From the NCBI GenBank assembly GCA_963695385.1, contig OY968780.1, positions 263,321-327,320 of the forward strand: DNA of 64,000 nt, given 5' to 3'. Origin of the DNA: an uncultured Coriobacteriia bacterium. GTDB lineage: Bacteria; Actinomycetota; Coriobacteriia; Anaerosomatales; PALSA-660. Positions 61,526 to 64,000 of this stretch are shown here, one piece after another (position 1 is the stretch's first letter; each line of letters opens with the position of its first letter). Made by a program: the position numbers and the translations under genes. A model generated the notes under the pieces. The model ran no database searches and was not told the origin of the DNA. It was given only the letters and a program-made list of their open reading frames with translations.

Positions 61526-62409
61526 TTGACCCGTCGGGGGTAGATTCACGACACGACCGACCGGCTTTGCAGGTCGAACTCGCGAAAAGGAACAAGTCAG
61601 CCAACATGGGTGTCGAGATAGTACGGTCCAGTGATACGCCTGCTTGCACGGTGCGCATCACCGGAGACATGGATCTCTCCCTGGTTCCTGCGATCCGCGC
61701 CGCCGTGGACGGCGTGGTCTCAACGTCGTGCTCGCACGTCGTCCTCGACCTCTCCGGTGTGACCTATGCGGACAGTTCCGCATTGAGCCTGCTGGTGTGG
61801 ATGGACCGCCGCGTACACCCTCTGGGCGGGAAGGTGGTACTGGCCGGAGCAGATCGCAATGTCAGCCGCGTGCTCGAACTCTCCGGTCTGGTCGGGTTGG
61901 CGCCGTCGATCGTCATGGCGTCGGACGCCGAGCACGCGCTCGACGGCCTGGTGCTGCCGCCGCTTCGCGATGAGCCCGCTTGGGAGCAGAGCCTGACGGT
62001 CCCCGCGCGGGTCGAGGAGATGTCCGGGGTGAGGACTCGCGTATGCGACATCATCGCGCCGCTCCGGATGCCGGAGACGTCCCTCTACGATCTCAAGGTC
62101 GCGCTGGGGGAGGCTCTGGCCAATGCCATGCGGCATGGCTCCCCGGCCGGCGAGTCCGATGAGGTGACCGTGAACGTGTACGCGTACGACGACAGGGTCG
62201 TCGTGGAGGTACTCGACAGCGGGTCCGGGTTCGACGGTGTCTCGGACTCCGACGACGATGTGTACGCGAGCGGGGGCCGAGGCATCCTCTTCATGCGCGC
62301 GCTCACCGATGGCGTCGAGTTCATGCGGCGCGAGGGCGGGGGGACCGCGGTTCGTCTGACCAAGAGGCTGGACGGACAGCACGGTACGGTAACGAGCGGA
62401 CGGGCTTGA
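61522..62409 (+). CDS. Fusion protein: STAS anti-sigma-factor antagonist domain + RsbW/SpoIIAB-type serine kinase (HATPase_c)
   Basis: STAS 'VVLDLSGVTYADSSALSLLVWM...VSRVLELSGL'. Kinase N-box 'LGEALANAMRHG', G1 'VLDSGSGFDG', G2 'GGRGILFMRAL'. ATG 61522 overlaps the PP2C stop (ATGA). Confidence 0.8.
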   Translation: MIDPSGVDSRHDRPALQVELAKRNKSANMGVEIVRSSDTPACTVRITGDMDLSLVPAIRAAVDGVVSTSCSHVVLDLSGVTYADSSALSLLVWMDRRVHPLGGKVVLAGADRNVSRVLELSGLVGLAPSIVMASDAEHALDGLVLPPLRDEPAWEQSLTVPARVEEMSGVRTRVCDIIAPLRMPETSLYDLKVALGEALANAMRHGSPAGESDEVTVNVYAYDDRVVVEVLDSGSGFDGVSDSDDDVYASGGRGILFMRALTDGVEFMRREGGGTAVRLTKRLDGQHGTVTSGRA

Positions 62410-63491
62410 CCGCTGACGATCTCCACGTCGTGGTGGCGACCGCGGGCCTCGGGGGCGCGCAGGAGGAGATCGCCGCCGCCGTCGTCCGCCGGCTCCGTGG
62501 CCATCACGGAGACCGGGTCCGTGTCAGTTCGATTGACCTGCTGGCGAGATGCGCGCCGAGATCGGCGCGACTTGCCCGTATCGCCTCTCGCGGCGGGGAG
62601 GAGTTCTTCCCCGACGGCAGCGGGACCCTGTCCCAGATTGCGCCATCCCAGACGGATGATCCGATCGTGCGGGAACTAGTGTCCAGCGGAGCGGCCGCGG
62701 CCGAGTCCGCCCTGCGCGCTCTACGCCCGAGTGTCGTGTTCGCCACACATCCGGTCGCCGGAGCCATCGCCGCGGAAGTCCGTTCGGGCCGGGGATACGC
62801 CACGGCTGCGCTGGTCCCGGACCTCTGGCCGCGGCGCCTGTGGCTGCACCCGGACGTGGACTTGTACTTCGTGGCGTGCCCGGAAGCACGCGACGCGCTG
62901 GCGAGCCGCGGGCTGCCGTGGGCACGCATGGCGGTGACCGGCGTGCCGATCGGCGAACCGGGAGCGGACGGCGAAGAGGTCGCGGGAGAGCCGACCCCGC
63001 ACCCTGCGGGCTTCACGGCGCTCGTCGCAGTGCCCGGAGGCGATGATGCGGTGGCGGAAGCGTTGGTGTCACACGCGATCCGTGTCGTGAGGAGTGCGCC
63101 GGCGGACGGTGTCCCGACGAGATCCCCCGAGCGCGCGAACTCGGTGAGGACGTTTCGGACGGGCGAGTCGATCGTGCGCGCGATGGCCGGGTGCGACGTC
63201 GTGGTGTGCGGGCCGTGCGGGACCGCCCTTTGGGCGGCGGTGGCGATGGGCGTGCCCATGGTGGTGATCGAGCCGGTCTCCGCGACGGAGCGCTCGAGCG
63301 TCGACCTGCTCGCCACCGCAGGGGCCGCTGTCGTCGCGCGCGACGCCGAAGACGCCGCCATCCGGGCGGGCTATCTGGGCGCCCATCCCGAACGTCACGC
63401 GCAGATGCGCCGCGCTGCCGCCGAACTCGGCCGCGGCAACGCGGTTCGGGCGGTCTGCGAGCGCCTGCTCGCCATGAAACTGGGGGTATAA
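62406..63491 (+). CDS. MGDG-synthase/MurG-like (GT28-type) glycosyltransferase homologue, possibly degenerate
   Basis: 'PSVVFATHPVAG...ALVPDLWPRRLWLHPDVDLYFVACPEARDALASRGLPWARMAVTGVPIG' resembles the MGDG_synth N-domain. The expected G-x-GH and GQE motifs are not recognisable. TTG 62406 overlaps the upstream stop (TTGA). Confidence 0.45.
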   Translation: MTADDLHVVVATAGLGGAQEEIAAAVVRRLRGHHGDRVRVSSIDLLARCAPRSARLARIASRGGEEFFPDGSGTLSQIAPSQTDDPIVRELVSSGAAAAESALRALRPSVVFATHPVAGAIAAEVRSGRGYATAALVPDLWPRRLWLHPDVDLYFVACPEARDALASRGLPWARMAVTGVPIGEPGADGEEVAGEPTPHPAGFTALVAVPGGDDAVAEALVSHAIRVVRSAPADGVPTRSPERANSVRTFRTGESIVRAMAGCDVVVCGPCGTALWAAVAMGVPMVVIEPVSATERSSVDLLATAGAAVVARDAEDAAIRAGYLGAHPERHAQMRRAAAELGRGNAVRAVCERLLAMKLGV

Positions 63492-63551
63492 TCGGGACGC
63501 CGTGACAGGTATCATCTGTGCCTATCTTGTTGTCCAACGTCCGAGGTGACC

Positions 63552-64000
63552 GTGGAGCTGCACGAAGTCATAGAGAATCGGCACATGATCCGCGCGTTCA
63601 CCGGCGAGCCGGTCGAGCGGGCTGTCGTGGAGCGGCTGATCCAGGCCGCCGCCCACGCGCCTTCGTCGGGGAACCTCATGGCGACGCGCTTCCACGTGAC
63701 GACGGGCGACACACGTGAGGCGATGGCACGGGCCCTTTCCATGTGCACGCTGTCCCTCGTGGAGTACTACAGCATCACGGACCCGGCGCGCATCAGCGGC
63801 TACGAGAGTTTCTACGGCGACCTCGGCAATGCGCCGACGGTCATCGCAGTGTCGATCGAGACTCCTGAAGACGACATGCAGCGGATCAACTCTCTGTTGT
63901 CCGCGGGCTGTTCGATGGAGAACCTCCTCCTCACGGCTGCAGACGAAGGCATAGGCTGCTGCAACATCACCGCGTCGTTCTGGGTCCGCGAGACGCTGTC
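63552..64000 (+). CDS. Nitroreductase-family protein (5' part; runs off the window)
   Basis: Manual translation gives 'VELHEVIENRHMIRAFTGEPVERAVVERLIQAAAHAPSSGNLMATRFHV...SAGCSMENLLLTAADEGIGCC'. It is not in the ORF track because it is open at the window end. Confidence 0.7.
   Translation, partial: MELHEVIENRHMIRAFTGEPVERAVVERLIQAAAHAPSSGNLMATRFHVTTGDTREAMARALSMCTLSLVEYYSITDPARISGYESFYGDLGNAPTVIAVSIETPEDDMQRINSLLSAGCSMENLLLTAADEGIGCCNITASFWVRETL

Overview
This is a high-GC chromosomal segment, and almost every long antisense ORF in the track is a GC artefact. The core gene order looks Actinomycetota-like: amt-glnK-glnD (here with amt-glnK tandemly duplicated), then uvrA ... uvrC-rapZ-whiA-gap-pgk-tpiA-gpmI-secG. 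It continues with a five-gene peptide/nickel-type ABC operon, tRNA-Leu(GAG), an MFS transporter and an aminotransferase.

Accessory material is interspersed:
- a CadC/ArsR regulator plus a Zn/Cd-type P1B ATPase whose N-terminal metal-binding domain is interrupted by an in-frame TGA exactly at the first Cys of CxxC
- two related IS481-family elements, both inserted into CTAG at gene ends
- a membrane protein combining a cytoplasmic HEPN-like (RNxxxH) domain with extracellular PASTA and PKD domains
- a secreted protein with a (Thr-Pro) stalk of about 219 codons
- a frameshifted Cas4-like PD-(D/E)XK nuclease next to cNMP-binding and PHP genes
- a csoR / rpoN / NtrB-NtrC-like block followed by a canonical sigma-54 promoter in front of a copper/thiol-redox operon (zinc-ribbon protein, DsbD_2-cupredoxin fusion, copZ, copA, ccdA)
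- a PP2C phosphatase, a fused STAS-RsbW protein and a glycosyltransferase-like gene, chained by overlapping stop/start codons

The most interesting candidates are the sigma-54/copper cassette, the HEPN-PASTA protein and the possible selenocysteine in the HMA domain.

All calls rest on reading motifs in the translated ORFs and on manual inspection of the DNA. No database search or folding program was run. Start codons are often uncertain by tens of codons.
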